Shown here: positions 18,688 to 28,887 of the stretch, in pieces
How the letters are laid out: each line of letters starts with the position of its first letter
Position numbering within the stretch: position 1 is the stretch's first letter
Assembly: GCA_964530235.1 (NCBI GenBank)
Contig: CAZGYB010000004.1
Location: 10,668-74,667 of the forward strand
DNA from: an uncultured Gammaproteobacteria bacterium
GTDB lineage: Bacteria > Patescibacteriota > Microgenomatia > UBA1406 > GWC2-37-13
Direction of reading: 5' to 3'
DNA: 64,000 bases
The notes under the pieces: model-generated
Told to the model about the DNA's origin: nothing
Seen by the model: the letters and a program-made list of their open reading frames with translations, nothing else
Database searches by the model: none
Program-made: the position numbers and the translations under genes

Positions 18688-21183
18688 ATGGTAGAAAAAA
18701 GTCGTGTATCACCAGTAGTTCAGTATCGACCAGATATCCAAAAACTTATCGGTGGAATGAGTAAGTTGAAGGAGAGGAAGCGACTTGATGAGGTGGATAA
18801 ACTGATAACTGTTAAAACAGAAGGGTCATATGATATTTTCTCACTTGTCGAACTGACGCATCTTGGTTTGTCTCTTGCCGTGGGTTCTTCGTATACCGAA
18901 GAAGGAAAAAAAATTCTGCAGGGTGTGGACGGATATCTTGCCCGGCACGATGTACTATGCAAGTATTTGCTTCCTCCGGTTGTGAGAGAATTTGAGTCAG
19001 GAGAGTTAGGAGAACTGCCTGATGCTACTAAATTCGACTCGCTAAAAACGCTTTCCGGTGAAATAGATATATTACTGCAAAGATATAGAGCACGTTATAA
19101 AAAAGACCAGTTCTCTATCGATACGAATCAAATAGAGCTCACTCATTTGTTAGAGAGTCTTCCGCGCTTGCTTGAAGTTTCGAGTGAAGAAGCAGCGGTA
19201 ACCCTGGTATTCAATCGTTCAGCAAAGGCCCGTGAAGCTCGGATTAAATTGCGATTAGCTCATCAGGGTGTTCCATTGCCTTCTGATAAGGTCTCAGCAG
19301 CCGAGAAAGAGGAAGCGGGGATCAGTGAAGCGAACAATCGAAAAAAAAGAGTAGTTGAACAGGGATTTCAGTTAATGTCTGCAAACGACAGACTACTGCA
19401 TTGTCCGGATGAACTGCTTGATATTGCAATGATCGATCATGAGCAGATGGAGGGTTATGATTTTACTCGTCAGGAGTTTGGTGGAGTCAGTTTAACCGGC
19501 TTATTAAGTATGGGGAATCCACGGGATAGGGCTGTGCGGACAATGCGGTATTTGTCTGCTCTTCCAAAAGGGGATTTATTTTGGCGACAGATAATGCAGC
19601 GTGTGTTTTTATTGCCACAGATGGTGCAGTCGCAGGGTGGTTTCAAACATGCAGACTGGCTGGAGGGGATAGTTGAAACCCAACGGTTGCTCGGATCAGA
19701 ATTTTTTGCACAGGCACTTTATCCGGTTTCTGGTCAAGGAAAATCAGAATTGATTGCTGCCATGAGTAAGTTTGTTGGCGGTTTAGACCCTATGACGTTT
19801 CAGTATTTCATAGCAACCATGATTAATGGGGTGCGGTTTACTCCTTCTACAATCAAACTTCTTCGTCCGGAAACAGATGTAAGCGAATATATACTTACGA
19901 GTGATTTTTATTCACGATTGGTGACCGCATACAATCAGGCGATTCTTGCAGAAGGGAGAGTTCTCAAAGTACTTCTTGTTGAAGAAGTTATTGACTGGTT
20001 TATCCGGACTAAGCAAAGTGAGTTAGAGCACTTTGCAGGTATTTTTTTCCGTAACCCGAAACAGCGAGATCATTTTCGTTCAATAATTGCGGATTTATTA
20101 TCCCAAAGCTTTCAAGAATCCCACAGTCAGTTTATTTTACAAGTATTAAGCGATAGGATTGGAGCTAATGTTCTGACTGAGTTTGATGAACAAAAGCAGG
20201 CCGAACTAAGCACTGTTGGAAATTCTATGATAGGAAAATACAGCGATCAAGGAATGATGGGGTACTGGCCTTCCGCTGAAACCCGTTCTACAGTAGTTTT
20301 TGACGGTCGGAGTTTTGAAACACTTCTCGGGTTTGAATCAATTTCTTTTTTTACCCCTCCGCTCGAAGAAGCAGAAGGGGAAAATATTGAATTCTTACTT
20401 AATCTACAGGACCCGAAGGTGAGTATTTCCGGTCATATTCCGGTGAATTTTTTGGCGGGTTCAGAAGACTTGGTTCTGTCTGTTGATTTTTCTCAAAACC
20501 CCGCATTGACAGAACTGATTCGAATTATGGTAGTTTCAAACTTTCATGATCTGGTCCTTCGCAATAGGTTGATGGGTTTAAGCTCAACTCAATCGGGTGG
20601 TGGTTTGCAGAGACAAAAAAGAAGAAATAAAGAAATGGCGGGGGGAGAAATCCGTATTCCGAGAAGTGGAAGAAGTGTATTGGATGGTAATCTTAGCGCT
20701 GGAGAAGTGAGAATTGGATCGAGTCAGCTTGCAGGCGATATCGATACACATAGCAAAATTTCGGATCAATCCTATATCCCTCGACGTATAGATCCGCATC
20801 CGGTTGCGTTGCGGGGAGCAAAAGACTACCAGTCAGCAGTTAGAGAGTATTTAGAGTTAAGAGAGTCGGGAGATTCAGGTGAGGTATTATCAGAAGCCGG
20901 AGAAGCAGTTCGAAGCTCATACGAAGATATGTATCATATAAGTTCTGAAAAGCAAAGATTACTTGATTCGCTGCCTTCTTCATTTCGAGATGATATGCGT
21001 ACTATAATTGATCCATTAACAGGAGAGTTAATATATTTGACGACATGGGTAGTTGAACATGTACGACCAAAACCAAACAGGGAAGAATTGTCATCTCCTT
21101 TCAAAATGTATGAACGGTTTTACAGAAAAGGTCCGCAGTCGCGGTTTCTTGATAGCGTTATGGTTAAGGTTTTCAAAGACTAA
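18688..21183 (+). CDS. large hypothetical protein
   Basis: 831-aa uninterrupted ORF, divergent from 16431..18629 with a 58-bp spacer. No motif recognised. Confidence 0.55.
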   Translation: MVEKSRVSPVVQYRPDIQKLIGGMSKLKERKRLDEVDKLITVKTEGSYDIFSLVELTHLGLSLAVGSSYTEEGKKILQGVDGYLARHDVLCKYLLPPVVREFESGELGELPDATKFDSLKTLSGEIDILLQRYRARYKKDQFSIDTNQIELTHLLESLPRLLEVSSEEAAVTLVFNRSAKAREARIKLRLAHQGVPLPSDKVSAAEKEEAGISEANNRKKRVVEQGFQLMSANDRLLHCPDELLDIAMIDHEQMEGYDFTRQEFGGVSLTGLLSMGNPRDRAVRTMRYLSALPKGDLFWRQIMQRVFLLPQMVQSQGGFKHADWLEGIVETQRLLGSEFFAQALYPVSGQGKSELIAAMSKFVGGLDPMTFQYFIATMINGVRFTPSTIKLLRPETDVSEYILTSDFYSRLVTAYNQAILAEGRVLKVLLVEEVIDWFIRTKQSELEHFAGIFFRNPKQRDHFRSIIADLLSQSFQESHSQFILQVLSDRIGANVLTEFDEQKQAELSTVGNSMIGKYSDQGMMGYWPSAETRSTVVFDGRSFETLLGFESISFFTPPLEEAEGENIEFLLNLQDPKVSISGHIPVNFLAGSEDLVLSVDFSQNPALTELIRIMVVSNFHDLVLRNRLMGLSSTQSGGGLQRQKRRNKEMAGGEIRIPRSGRSVLDGNLSAGEVRIGSSQLAGDIDTHSKISDQSYIPRRIDPHPVALRGAKDYQSAVREYLELRESGDSGEVLSEAGEAVRSSYEDMYHISSEKQRLLDSLPSSFRDDMRTIIDPLTGELIYLTTWVVEHVRPKPNREELSSPFKMYERFYRKGPQSRFLDSVMVKVFKD

Positions 21184-21215
21184 AGAACCATAAACCTTCT
21201 TTACTTAATCTCGGA

Positions 21216-22169
21216 TTAAAGGATGAGCGAGAGGACAAGAATGATTGCGGGAATAAGAATTGCAGCAAAAGCGGGCACTCCGCTTACCGGAACGGGTGGT
21301 TTTGTTGGCTGTGAAGTCGGATATGGCGTAGCCTGAGCAATATATACTTTGGTTGGAGTTGGATATGGCGTGTATGTTGGGTATGGTGTTGCTGTGGGCG
21401 CGACAGTTGGTGGGCGCGGGGTGACTGTTGCAGTAGGCTGGATAGTCGGCACCGGGGTATTTGTAGGTTGCGGAGTTGGTGTTTGAGTTGGTGTTGGCGT
21501 TCGTGTTGGTGTTGGAGTCCGGGTAGGCGTCGGCGTTCTTGTTGGTGTTGGCGTTCGCGTTGGTGTTGGAGTCCGGGTAGGCGTTGGCGTTCTTGTTGGA
21601 GTGGGGGTTGCAGTGCTTATTGGAACAGGCGTATTGGTTGGCTGGGGTGTTGGCGTTCGCGTTGGTGTTGGAGTCCGGGTAGGCGTTGGAGTCCGTGTTG
21701 GGGTTGGAGTTCGTGTTGGTGTGGGTGTATTGGTGAGTCGGGGGGTCGGAGTTGCGCTGGGCCGTGGGGATGGTGTTGCTGTTGGCCGGTTTGTTGGTTG
21801 AGGTGTTGCAGTGGGCTCTTGCGGGTTGGAGCACTCTTTGTCGCAGACGGTGTCGTCGCATTTGAGAAAACATGACTGTCCGCATCCGGTAATATCTGAC
21901 GCATATCGTTTGTAGTTTGTGCACCACCTTACCGTTCCGTCATCACAGGTGTCATAGTATCCATTATCATTACTTGGACAGCCTGGGTCGCTTTCGCAGG
22001 TTGCACGGACTTTTTCGGTTTGCACCGGTTTTTGAATCGCCCTGTTTGTTACAAAAATAAAGAGAAGCCCTGAAAGTATGGTAGTAACAAATACGGCGAT
22101 AGGAATAAATCGCTGCTTATTCATTTTGCTTCGTGTTAAACTCAAAGATCGGGAGCGCTCCAACAACAT
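21216..22169 (-). CDS. membrane-anchored Cys-rich surface protein with a (TPTPTR)n linker and a C-terminal hydrophobic anchor
   Basis: The likely start is MNKQRF at 22124, where ATGAATAA overlaps the upstream stop. The protein has an N-terminal TM, a Cys-rich module ([26 protein letters not shown]...), about 15 TPTPTR repeats, and a C-terminal [24 protein letters not shown]. Confidence 0.6.
   Translation of the reverse strand: MLLERSRSLSLTRSKMNKQRFIPIAVFVTTILSGLLFIFVTNRAIQKPVQTEKVRATCESDPGCPSNDNGYYDTCDDGTVRWCTNYKRYASDITGCGQSCFLKCDDTVCDKECSNPQEPTATPQPTNRPTATPSPRPSATPTPRLTNTPTPTRTPTPTRTPTPTRTPTPTRTPTPQPTNTPVPISTATPTPTRTPTPTRTPTPTRTPTPTRTPTPTRTPTPTRTPTPTQTPTPQPTNTPVPTIQPTATVTPRPPTVAPTATPYPTYTPYPTPTKVYIAQATPYPTSQPTKPPVPVSGVPAFAAILIPAIILVLSLIL
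21490..21597. repeat. tandem 54-nt unit x2 (each unit is three 18-nt TPTPTR units); a third degenerate copy starts at 21646
   Basis: GGTGTTGGCGTTCGYGTTGGTGTTGGAGTCCGGGTAGGCGTYGGCGTTCTTGTT is repeated head to tail. Confidence 0.85.
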
Positions 22170-22695
22170 ATCGGCAGTTGCCGATTGTTGGGTAGGTCAG
22201 GGCAACAACACCTTTTTTATTTACTGATCGAATTAGAAAATAGTACGTCTGTCCTGCTTGCAAATCGTGAAACTCACGCGATGTTCCGGATACTTTTACT
22301 CCTTTTTCCGCAGGGTCAACTGCGCCGGATTTTGCATAGGGATCGTTACTCAAAGTCACATAGTACCCCTCTGCATCGGGTGCCGGTTCCCACTGAAGGG
22401 TAACACTGCTTGTGCTGACTGTTTCTTTCTGAAAAATTTCTCGTACATCAGATGACTCTGCCATAAACGCTTGGGCTGAATGGGGATTGGAAATTTCCGT
22501 AATGCAAACTGGTTTAGGTTCAGATGCATTTGTTTTATACGACTGTTGTTTTGCAGACTGCGTTCCGACATACACGATGCTGATAATGACTGCGCCTGCA
22601 ATAAATGCTCCAAGACTTAAAGAGGCAGTTGAAAAAATATTAGGCTTTCCAAAGCCCCGTATATGCAAAGGGGTATAGTTTTTACTCTGATTCAT
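22117..22695 (-). CDS. membrane-anchored fibronectin-type-III domain protein
   Basis: TM helix [18 protein letters not shown], then [19 protein letters not shown]...[14 protein letters not shown], typical of FN3. Confidence 0.5.
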   Translation of the reverse strand: MNQSKNYTPLHIRGFGKPNIFSTASLSLGAFIAGAVIISIVYVGTQSAKQQSYKTNASEPKPVCITEISNPHSAQAFMAESSDVREIFQKETVSTSSVTLQWEPAPDAEGYYVTLSNDPYAKSGAVDPAEKGVKVSGTSREFHDLQAGQTYYFLIRSVNKKGVVALTYPTIGNCRYVVGALPIFEFNTKQNE

Positions 22696-24475
22696 GGCGT
22701 TGTTTTCGTGTTTCTTTCAAATGGTTTAAGCTTACAGTATAAAGGGGATCGATTTCAAGCGCTTTTTGAAAGTAGAACTCTGCTTTTCCAAAGTTTTTTG
22801 CGTCAAGGTAAGTTAATCCGAGGTTGTCAAGGTAGAGTGGGTCAGTCGGTTCAATCCGAACTGCTTGTTGCAGTGCTTTTTGAGAGCTCTGAAGAAATTT
22901 CCCCCGATTTTTATTCAATTGGTTAACATGTCCGAGCCTGAAAAGCGCAGTACCGTATGCATTCCAATTATCCGGGTGGATCGGATTGACAAGAGTTGCG
23001 GTTTTTAGCCGTTCTAACAGAGTTTGGGAGAGTTCGTTTGCCAAACCATTTGAACACACCGGCTGTACAGAAAAACCAGGGGAACTCTTGCCGTAGACAA
23101 CTGGTTTCATGCGGGTAGACACATTTGGGGTTTCTTTGTCCAAGGCATAACAGGCAAGCGCCTGTTCGAGAAGGGTGAAACTCGATTCCCGAAGCAGGTG
23201 ATCGTTATTCGGTGAATAAAAAAGAGCTTGTTCAGCTCCCTTATTCCGGTAGGCAATCTCTGCTCGAATACCATTAACAACAAAATACACCGCCGGAATG
23301 AGTAAAAATATTGTTGCGATAAAAAAAATCCGAACCTGGCTTCCTGACAACTGAAAAACTTCTTGATTTTTATTGACTTGTTTTTGGCTAAGTACAAAAA
23401 ACAGCATACAGAAAAGAGTGAATGGGAGATAGTACAACAACTGCCAAGTTAAAAAAAATAACAATACCCCTCTTTTGTACAAAGTGTTGCTGTTTTTTAA
23501 TCCCAAATACAGAAGAAATAACCAGCATATAAGTCCTAATATGCCTGTTGAAAAAAATACCTCAATATACTGATTATGAACTGTTGTGAAACGATACAAA
23601 CTTTCGTTATCTTTAGGGAAATTCATATTGCGAAAGGGGAGAAGCAGAAGTCCTGAAGTGTTTTGACCATTGCCTAATAATGAAAGCTTGTTTTGAACGA
23701 GAAACTGCCTGATTGAACGGTATTCAAGGAGGCGTTTTTGCAGGCTGAAATCCTCCTTCGGGAGAAAGTAAGCAAGCAGCAAAGCTCCAAGAACAAAAAA
23801 AGTGAGTATTTTCGTTTTCCATGCAAAACGCAGGAGTACGGCGCTTCCAAGCGATAGTCCAAGCGCAATCCAGGCAGTAGTTGAGTCAAGCACCGTAAGA
23901 CCTGCAACACACAAAATAACAAATAATAATTTTAATATCCGATAGGATTTAAGATCATCAAGAGCTATGAGAAGCCCCAAAGCAATAACTCCCGCAGACC
24001 AGATCGGATGGCCCTCCAAACCGTTTGGGCGGGGGATTTTGAGGGCGACTCCCTGGTATAAAACAAAACAAACATGCAGCATTGTTCCGGCAAGAAAAAA
24101 AAGTTGAGGGATTTTTGAAGGTTTATTCAGACTTGTCAGGAGAGAAAAGGCGAGAACTACGATAACGAATAGATAGTTCTGAACTTCTGCCGTGTATAGA
24201 CCGTAAAAAGAAACAGATCTGCTTTTTGAAAAAAGGAGTGCAAGTGTATGAACGAGTCCGAATGCAATGATAATAACGTGAAAAGAAGTTATCGGGATAG
24301 TTTTTTTCCTTTGTTTTTGTAGAATTAAAAACTGCAGTCCGGCAAGCAGGAATGCTCCGAAAATAAGGATAGTTACTTTGGGAAGGTAAACGGGATTGTT
24401 GAAAAACGGAATGGAGCTAATAACAGTGTAAAAAAGCGTGATTCCAATGATGTAAGAATTTAGCGAAGTAAGCAT
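22682..24475 (-). CDS. O-antigen ligase (Wzy_C)-like polytopic membrane protein with C-terminal TPR repeats
   Basis: About 10 TM helices, an LDSTTAWIALGLSLGS segment resembling the Wzy_C core, and a C-terminal TPR-like ...GKAEFYFQKALEIDPLY.... Confidence 0.5.
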   Translation of the reverse strand: MLTSLNSYIIGITLFYTVISSIPFFNNPVYLPKVTILIFGAFLLAGLQFLILQKQRKKTIPITSFHVIIIAFGLVHTLALLFSKSRSVSFYGLYTAEVQNYLFVIVVLAFSLLTSLNKPSKIPQLFFLAGTMLHVCFVLYQGVALKIPRPNGLEGHPIWSAGVIALGLLIALDDLKSYRILKLLFVILCVAGLTVLDSTTAWIALGLSLGSAVLLRFAWKTKILTFFVLGALLLAYFLPKEDFSLQKRLLEYRSIRQFLVQNKLSLLGNGQNTSGLLLLPFRNMNFPKDNESLYRFTTVHNQYIEVFFSTGILGLICWLFLLYLGLKNSNTLYKRGVLLFFLTWQLLYYLPFTLFCMLFFVLSQKQVNKNQEVFQLSGSQVRIFFIATIFLLIPAVYFVVNGIRAEIAYRNKGAEQALFYSPNNDHLLRESSFTLLEQALACYALDKETPNVSTRMKPVVYGKSSPGFSVQPVCSNGLANELSQTLLERLKTATLVNPIHPDNWNAYGTALFRLGHVNQLNKNRGKFLQSSQKALQQAVRIEPTDPLYLDNLGLTYLDAKNFGKAEFYFQKALEIDPLYTVSLNHLKETRKQRHESE

Positions 24476-24528
24476 GCATATACTTTAGCATACTGTTAGC
24501 AAGTTTATACCTTATCTAAGGAGAAGTA

Positions 24529-25386
24529 TTATTCTGGCTTAGGCGTGTTTTCTATATATTTTTCGAGTATATACATTCTCTCTGCTAGCGTGTCGCATCT
24601 GTCGCTCAGTTCTGTATCTAGGTCTGTAATTCGTGCTTCAGAGTCATCTACTCTTTGCCCTAACTCATTTATATCTTTGACTATTAATTCAAGCCTTCTT
24701 ACTTTTCGCTTGATTTTTTTAAGTTTCTTTCTCATTGTTCCATCTTGTTCGTTTCTTAAATTCGGATCAACTTCTTGGTGTATTTCAAGGTTGTGAATTC
24801 GCTTATTTATCGTTGCTAGTTGTTCAACCAAATTATCCTTATCTACTTTAGTTTTATTTTCTTCGCCTTCGTTGACGAGGGCAAGGCCTTCTATAAACTG
24901 ACCAAGCTCAACAACGTCTTTGTTCGCCCTATTTCTCGGGCCGGTAAAAAGAAACCGTCTAGCGAAAAGGGTATGCAGTGCAATTCCTGCAAGTGTCTTG
25001 ACCGCTTCAGCATTGAACCGTCCATCCCAAACTGGGCCAAGTGCATCTTGAAGCGTTGTATGTCCAAGAAATTGCTCCGCGATAAACTGAGGTTGGGTAA
25101 GCGGTGATACTGCGGCCACATCGGGTGGAACTGAGGAGGTTAATGCGTGAATCAAATGTGCAAGGGACACACCAAAGTTTGCCGGGAATGCAGCGAGATC
25201 CTTTCCTGCCATTTGAGCGAGCATAAGAATGTTATCTTGGTATGCTGCATCGGGAGGAAACGGATACTGCGAACCGAGATACGCCAAACCAGCGCCAACA
25301 GCAAGAAGACCGATAGCATAAATTCCAAAATTTTTTCTTCGGTATCCTTTTTCAAGATGCCAGGCATAATTTTCAGAAGGATTCAT
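24529..25386 (-). CDS. hypothetical membrane protein with a C-terminal coiled coil
   Basis: 285 aa with one TM (FGIYAIGLLAVGAGLAYL) and a charged heptad-like C-terminus. Confidence 0.45.
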   Translation of the reverse strand: MNPSENYAWHLEKGYRRKNFGIYAIGLLAVGAGLAYLGSQYPFPPDAAYQDNILMLAQMAGKDLAAFPANFGVSLAHLIHALTSSVPPDVAAVSPLTQPQFIAEQFLGHTTLQDALGPVWDGRFNAEAVKTLAGIALHTLFARRFLFTGPRNRANKDVVELGQFIEGLALVNEGEENKTKVDKDNLVEQLATINKRIHNLEIHQEVDPNLRNEQDGTMRKKLKKIKRKVRRLELIVKDINELGQRVDDSEARITDLDTELSDRCDTLAERMYILEKYIENTPKPE

Positions 25387-25490
25387 TTGTTTATTATACC
25401 ATTCACTGATAAAATATTCAACCTATAGTTAATAAACGCCTAAGACAGTAATTGGTTCTTGCAGTATGCTAGAATAGATGTAATTCCAGT

Positions 25491-28163
25491 ATGGTACGCA
25501 ACAATCTATCTGTACTATTTGTTTTTATGCTTTTCTTAAGCGTAATCGCAGTGATTTCAGGAATTATTTTTATTAAATCCCTTACTACAAGAATAAAAGC
25601 AACAAATCCGGCTGTACCTGATTATGGCACCTATCCGGTTATTTATGCACGGGATGATTACAATAACGTAAACCCGCAAAGTACATATGGAGTTCAGGCA
25701 GTCGGCCCGATTGGCGGACATATCCGCAAAACCTTTGCGACAGTGACTTCAGCAGAGGTTGCACGTTTTTTAAATGCAGGTCAAAAAATCACTCTGTTTA
25801 GTGGTGAACAGGTTGATCGGCCATACATGCTTACGGTTTCTATCTACGACTACCACTATGAAAATTCAATTCCGGTTGCAGACAGGTTTACTTCTTATTT
25901 TCCAGATCAGTACAACGAACTGCTTTCTGTTCCAAACTGCGGTACGGTGAAAGTTCCCAAATACGATAGTCAAGAACTGCAAACATTTTATCAGCAAAAA
26001 ATAAATTCTCTTGCAAACGCCCTTATTCCCTATAACGGAAATACCATACAACTGCGCGAACACCCGAATCTGGCAGGTATTTTTATTGCTTCTGGGTTTG
26101 AGGATGAAACGACTCCTGCAAAAAACTGGAATCATAACGGTCCAAAGTGTAATGTTCTGACAAAATGGAAAGAACTGCACCCGGATATTGCTGGATACAC
26201 TGAGTGGATTAAGTTCCAGATGAGCGTATGGAGAAATGCATTTCCGACAAAAACAATCGTCATACAGCCTGGAGCAGCAGAAGGGGATAAGATGAGGGCG
26301 CAGCTTCGTGATTTCGGGTTAACGCTCAACCCTCCAGTGGGACTAAAACACAACGGTATGCAGGTTGAAAATCTTGGGTACAACTCATGGATATCTTCAA
26401 GTACAAACTACATAAGACTGCGAGGCGGTCAAATTCAATCGCTTGACTCAGTCAGCGATTCATTTAACCCGAATCCGCGGGCAATAACTGCAATGGAAGC
26501 AACACTGAGTTTAAGTGCATATGGCGACACTGCAAAAAAAAGAAGCGAATTTTTATACTGGACTTTTCTTGCATCACTTCGCGCAAATGTCCATTTTGTT
26601 GATCTGCAGGACGACTGGATATATCCGCAGAGCTTGTTTCAGAACAAATCGCCGATTGAAATTGCAGGGCAAGACACATATTCTCCCTGGCCGGGTGAGG
26701 GGCGCTTGGCCTTTTGGAAGTGGTATTATGAAAACCTTGGAGTTACCGCTTCAAATGCAAAACATGCGTGGGTTGTATTTCGCGATTCAGAGTACCGGTT
26801 TAGCCAGTCGGGAACGCAATCAACATCGGTTCCGGTTGTGATGCGGGAAAAAACCTGGACCGGTGCAAACATGGCTGGCCACGGCATACAAAAAGGGTAT
26901 CCCGCATATACTCAAACTTCCTGTACGGTGAATGCGCAGGATCAATACTGCGATCCGTCGTCTGATCCGGCAAACTACCCGTCAAAAATGGACGGCAACT
27001 TTAATAAATATCTAAAAGTTATCGAGCCGGATCCGACAGAGTTGGTCTTATGGAACGATTCCCAGTTGGTATACCCGCAGGGTGTTACCGCTGAAAATGG
27101 TCAGCAGTATACCCGGCAGATGAAAAAACTTCCGGGGAACAAAAAACTGCTTCTCCAGCTTGATAAACGTTCAACCGGTCAGAACGGTAGATTTTCCGAT
27201 CCAAATGCAGTTATTCACATTTTTTACTTAAACAAAGGTACAGATTTTTTTACGGTAAAGTATAAATCGACAGGCGGGCAGTCTATTGAGAAGCGAATTC
27301 AAAAAGGAAGCAAGACTGGCGTATTGCATAATGGAATGAATGCGGTTCTTCACGAAGCAATACCGTTGACTGATGCGGATTTCAAGCAGTCTCTTGAAGG
27401 AAATGCTTCACTCGTTGTGGAAAATGATAATGGAGAAGAGTTTTTTCACATGATCTGGCTTGAATCGTTAAATCCCCATTTTAGAAATACAGGAGCAACC
27501 TATCCGACCGTTTCGCCCGGACCGAGCATAACACAGACTCCTTCGATTTCTCCCTCTCCGGCTATATCTCCAACAGTTTCTGCAGGTTCTTCAAGCAGCA
27601 GCTCATCCGGTTTATTACAGCGGTCTGTTTCATTACAGCTTAAGATAAAACTGCAAGGTGTAGAAACTCCATCGGTTAACCGTAGTTCAATTCCAATACG
27701 AATAGAGATGGGAAATGCGCAAACAACATATCCTGCGCAGACAATTGATTTTATATATAAGCAAAGTGGAGTTTGGGAAGCAAGCATGTCTGCAATGCTT
27801 CCGCAAAATCAGGATGTTTTATATCAGCTGTTTCTCAAGGGGCCGTTTCATCTGAGGCGGAAAGTTTGCGATCAGCACCCAGAAGATACACTTGAAAAAT
27901 CATATGAGTGCAACACTGCGGGAGTTAAACTTTCTCAGGAAAACACGTTTGACTTAACTGGAATATTGCTGTATGCAGGTGATATTGAACCGTTTAACGG
28001 TGTCATTGATGCGTATGATGTTTCAACAATTAGAAATAACCTTGGGAAAACAGACGCAGCATCACTTTTAAAGTCAGATATGAATTTGGATAGTATTGTT
28101 GATACTCAGGATTTTTCGCTCGTATTAAATAATTTGGGATTTCAAAGAAGATACGATGAGTAA
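25491..28163 (+). CDS. large membrane-anchored surface protein with a C-terminal Ig-like + dockerin-like module
   Basis: N-terminal TM, an extracellular domain of ~650 aa, and a Ser/Pro linker (SPSPAISPTVSAGSSSSSSSG). The 179-aa C-terminal module is homologous to the C-terminus of 39379..41328 and ends GDIEPFNGVIDAYDVSTIRNNLG...SDMNLDSIVDTQDFSLVLNNLG. Confidence 0.6.
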   Translation: MVRNNLSVLFVFMLFLSVIAVISGIIFIKSLTTRIKATNPAVPDYGTYPVIYARDDYNNVNPQSTYGVQAVGPIGGHIRKTFATVTSAEVARFLNAGQKITLFSGEQVDRPYMLTVSIYDYHYENSIPVADRFTSYFPDQYNELLSVPNCGTVKVPKYDSQELQTFYQQKINSLANALIPYNGNTIQLREHPNLAGIFIASGFEDETTPAKNWNHNGPKCNVLTKWKELHPDIAGYTEWIKFQMSVWRNAFPTKTIVIQPGAAEGDKMRAQLRDFGLTLNPPVGLKHNGMQVENLGYNSWISSSTNYIRLRGGQIQSLDSVSDSFNPNPRAITAMEATLSLSAYGDTAKKRSEFLYWTFLASLRANVHFVDLQDDWIYPQSLFQNKSPIEIAGQDTYSPWPGEGRLAFWKWYYENLGVTASNAKHAWVVFRDSEYRFSQSGTQSTSVPVVMREKTWTGANMAGHGIQKGYPAYTQTSCTVNAQDQYCDPSSDPANYPSKMDGNFNKYLKVIEPDPTELVLWNDSQLVYPQGVTAENGQQYTRQMKKLPGNKKLLLQLDKRSTGQNGRFSDPNAVIHIFYLNKGTDFFTVKYKSTGGQSIEKRIQKGSKTGVLHNGMNAVLHEAIPLTDADFKQSLEGNASLVVENDNGEEFFHMIWLESLNPHFRNTGATYPTVSPGPSITQTPSISPSPAISPTVSAGSSSSSSSGLLQRSVSLQLKIKLQGVETPSVNRSSIPIRIEMGNAQTTYPAQTIDFIYKQSGVWEASMSAMLPQNQDVLYQLFLKGPFHLRRKVCDQHPEDTLEKSYECNTAGVKLSQENTFDLTGILLYAGDIEPFNGVIDAYDVSTIRNNLGKTDAASLLKSDMNLDSIVDTQDFSLVLNNLGFQRRYDE

Positions 28164-28881
28164 TGCAAGTAAAATACGCTTTGCCAAAGGCTCTTGGATT
28201 TGCGACATTGACCTTCAGGGAGGAAGAATTACAAAACTTTCATACGGCAATCAAACAGTACTGGGAAGCTATAACCGGATCGACGGAAAACAAGGAAATA
28301 CTCATTTGTGCGTTCCCAACTTTGCTGATGAAGGCGGAGAAACGTATGGTTTGCCGTTTCACGGACCGGCACGAAATTGTATGTGGAAATTGGTGAGCCA
28401 TGATACTGGTTCTATTCGGTGTGTTATTCCGAAAACAGAAAAATATCCGGCTGAACTTTCAGTGATTCAGCGGTTTGTATTGAGCAATACGCAGTTTTCC
28501 CATACGATTACCGTGTCACATATAGGCGGTGAACCAGTGCCAATAAACATCGGCATACATAACTATTGGGATACTCCAAACGGCTGGGAGAATCTGAAAT
28601 TAAACAGCCAGGATGCTGTATATATAGTGAAAAAAAACGGAAGGGTTCCGCTTAAAAAAGAAAATAGTCTGGAGTTTTCGTCAGGCAAAAAAATATATTG
28701 GGAAGTCAGCGGTTTTTCCGAGGCAGTACTGTGGTCTGCTTTTCGGGGGAATGAATTCGATAAAAACTATGTTTGTATTGAACCGGTGTTGGGGTATAAA
28801 AATTATTTTGAAAGCAAAGAAAGTATTCTTCGAAAGGGAGAGAAAAAACAATACAGTCAACAGATTTCGTTTATGTCATAA
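28156..28881 (+). CDS. aldose 1-epimerase family protein (hexose-6-phosphate mutarotase-like)
   Basis: GNTHLCVPNFADEG...GLPFHGPARNCMWKL, GIHNYWDT and YVCIEPV parallel the YeaD-type motifs (G.P.C.P.F...glPaHGfARn..W, H.YF, vCvE). The ATG overlaps the upstream stop by 8 nt. Confidence 0.55.
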   Translation: MSNASKIRFAKGSWICDIDLQGGRITKLSYGNQTVLGSYNRIDGKQGNTHLCVPNFADEGGETYGLPFHGPARNCMWKLVSHDTGSIRCVIPKTEKYPAELSVIQRFVLSNTQFSHTITVSHIGGEPVPINIGIHNYWDTPNGWENLKLNSQDAVYIVKKNGRVPLKKENSLEFSSGKKIYWEVSGFSEAVLWSAFRGNEFDKNYVCIEPVLGYKNYFESKESILRKGEKKQYSQQISFMS

Positions 28882-28887
28882 AATTTT

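Noticed and set aside
21205-21927. Long alternative-frame and antisense ORFs over the TP-repeat region (21205..21927 -, 21468..21875 +, 21601..21801 +, 21617..21904 -).
   Set aside because: They are products of the 18/54-nt repeat, which lacks stops in several frames. Only the 21216..22169 frame has a TM start, a Cys-rich domain and a C-terminal anchor.
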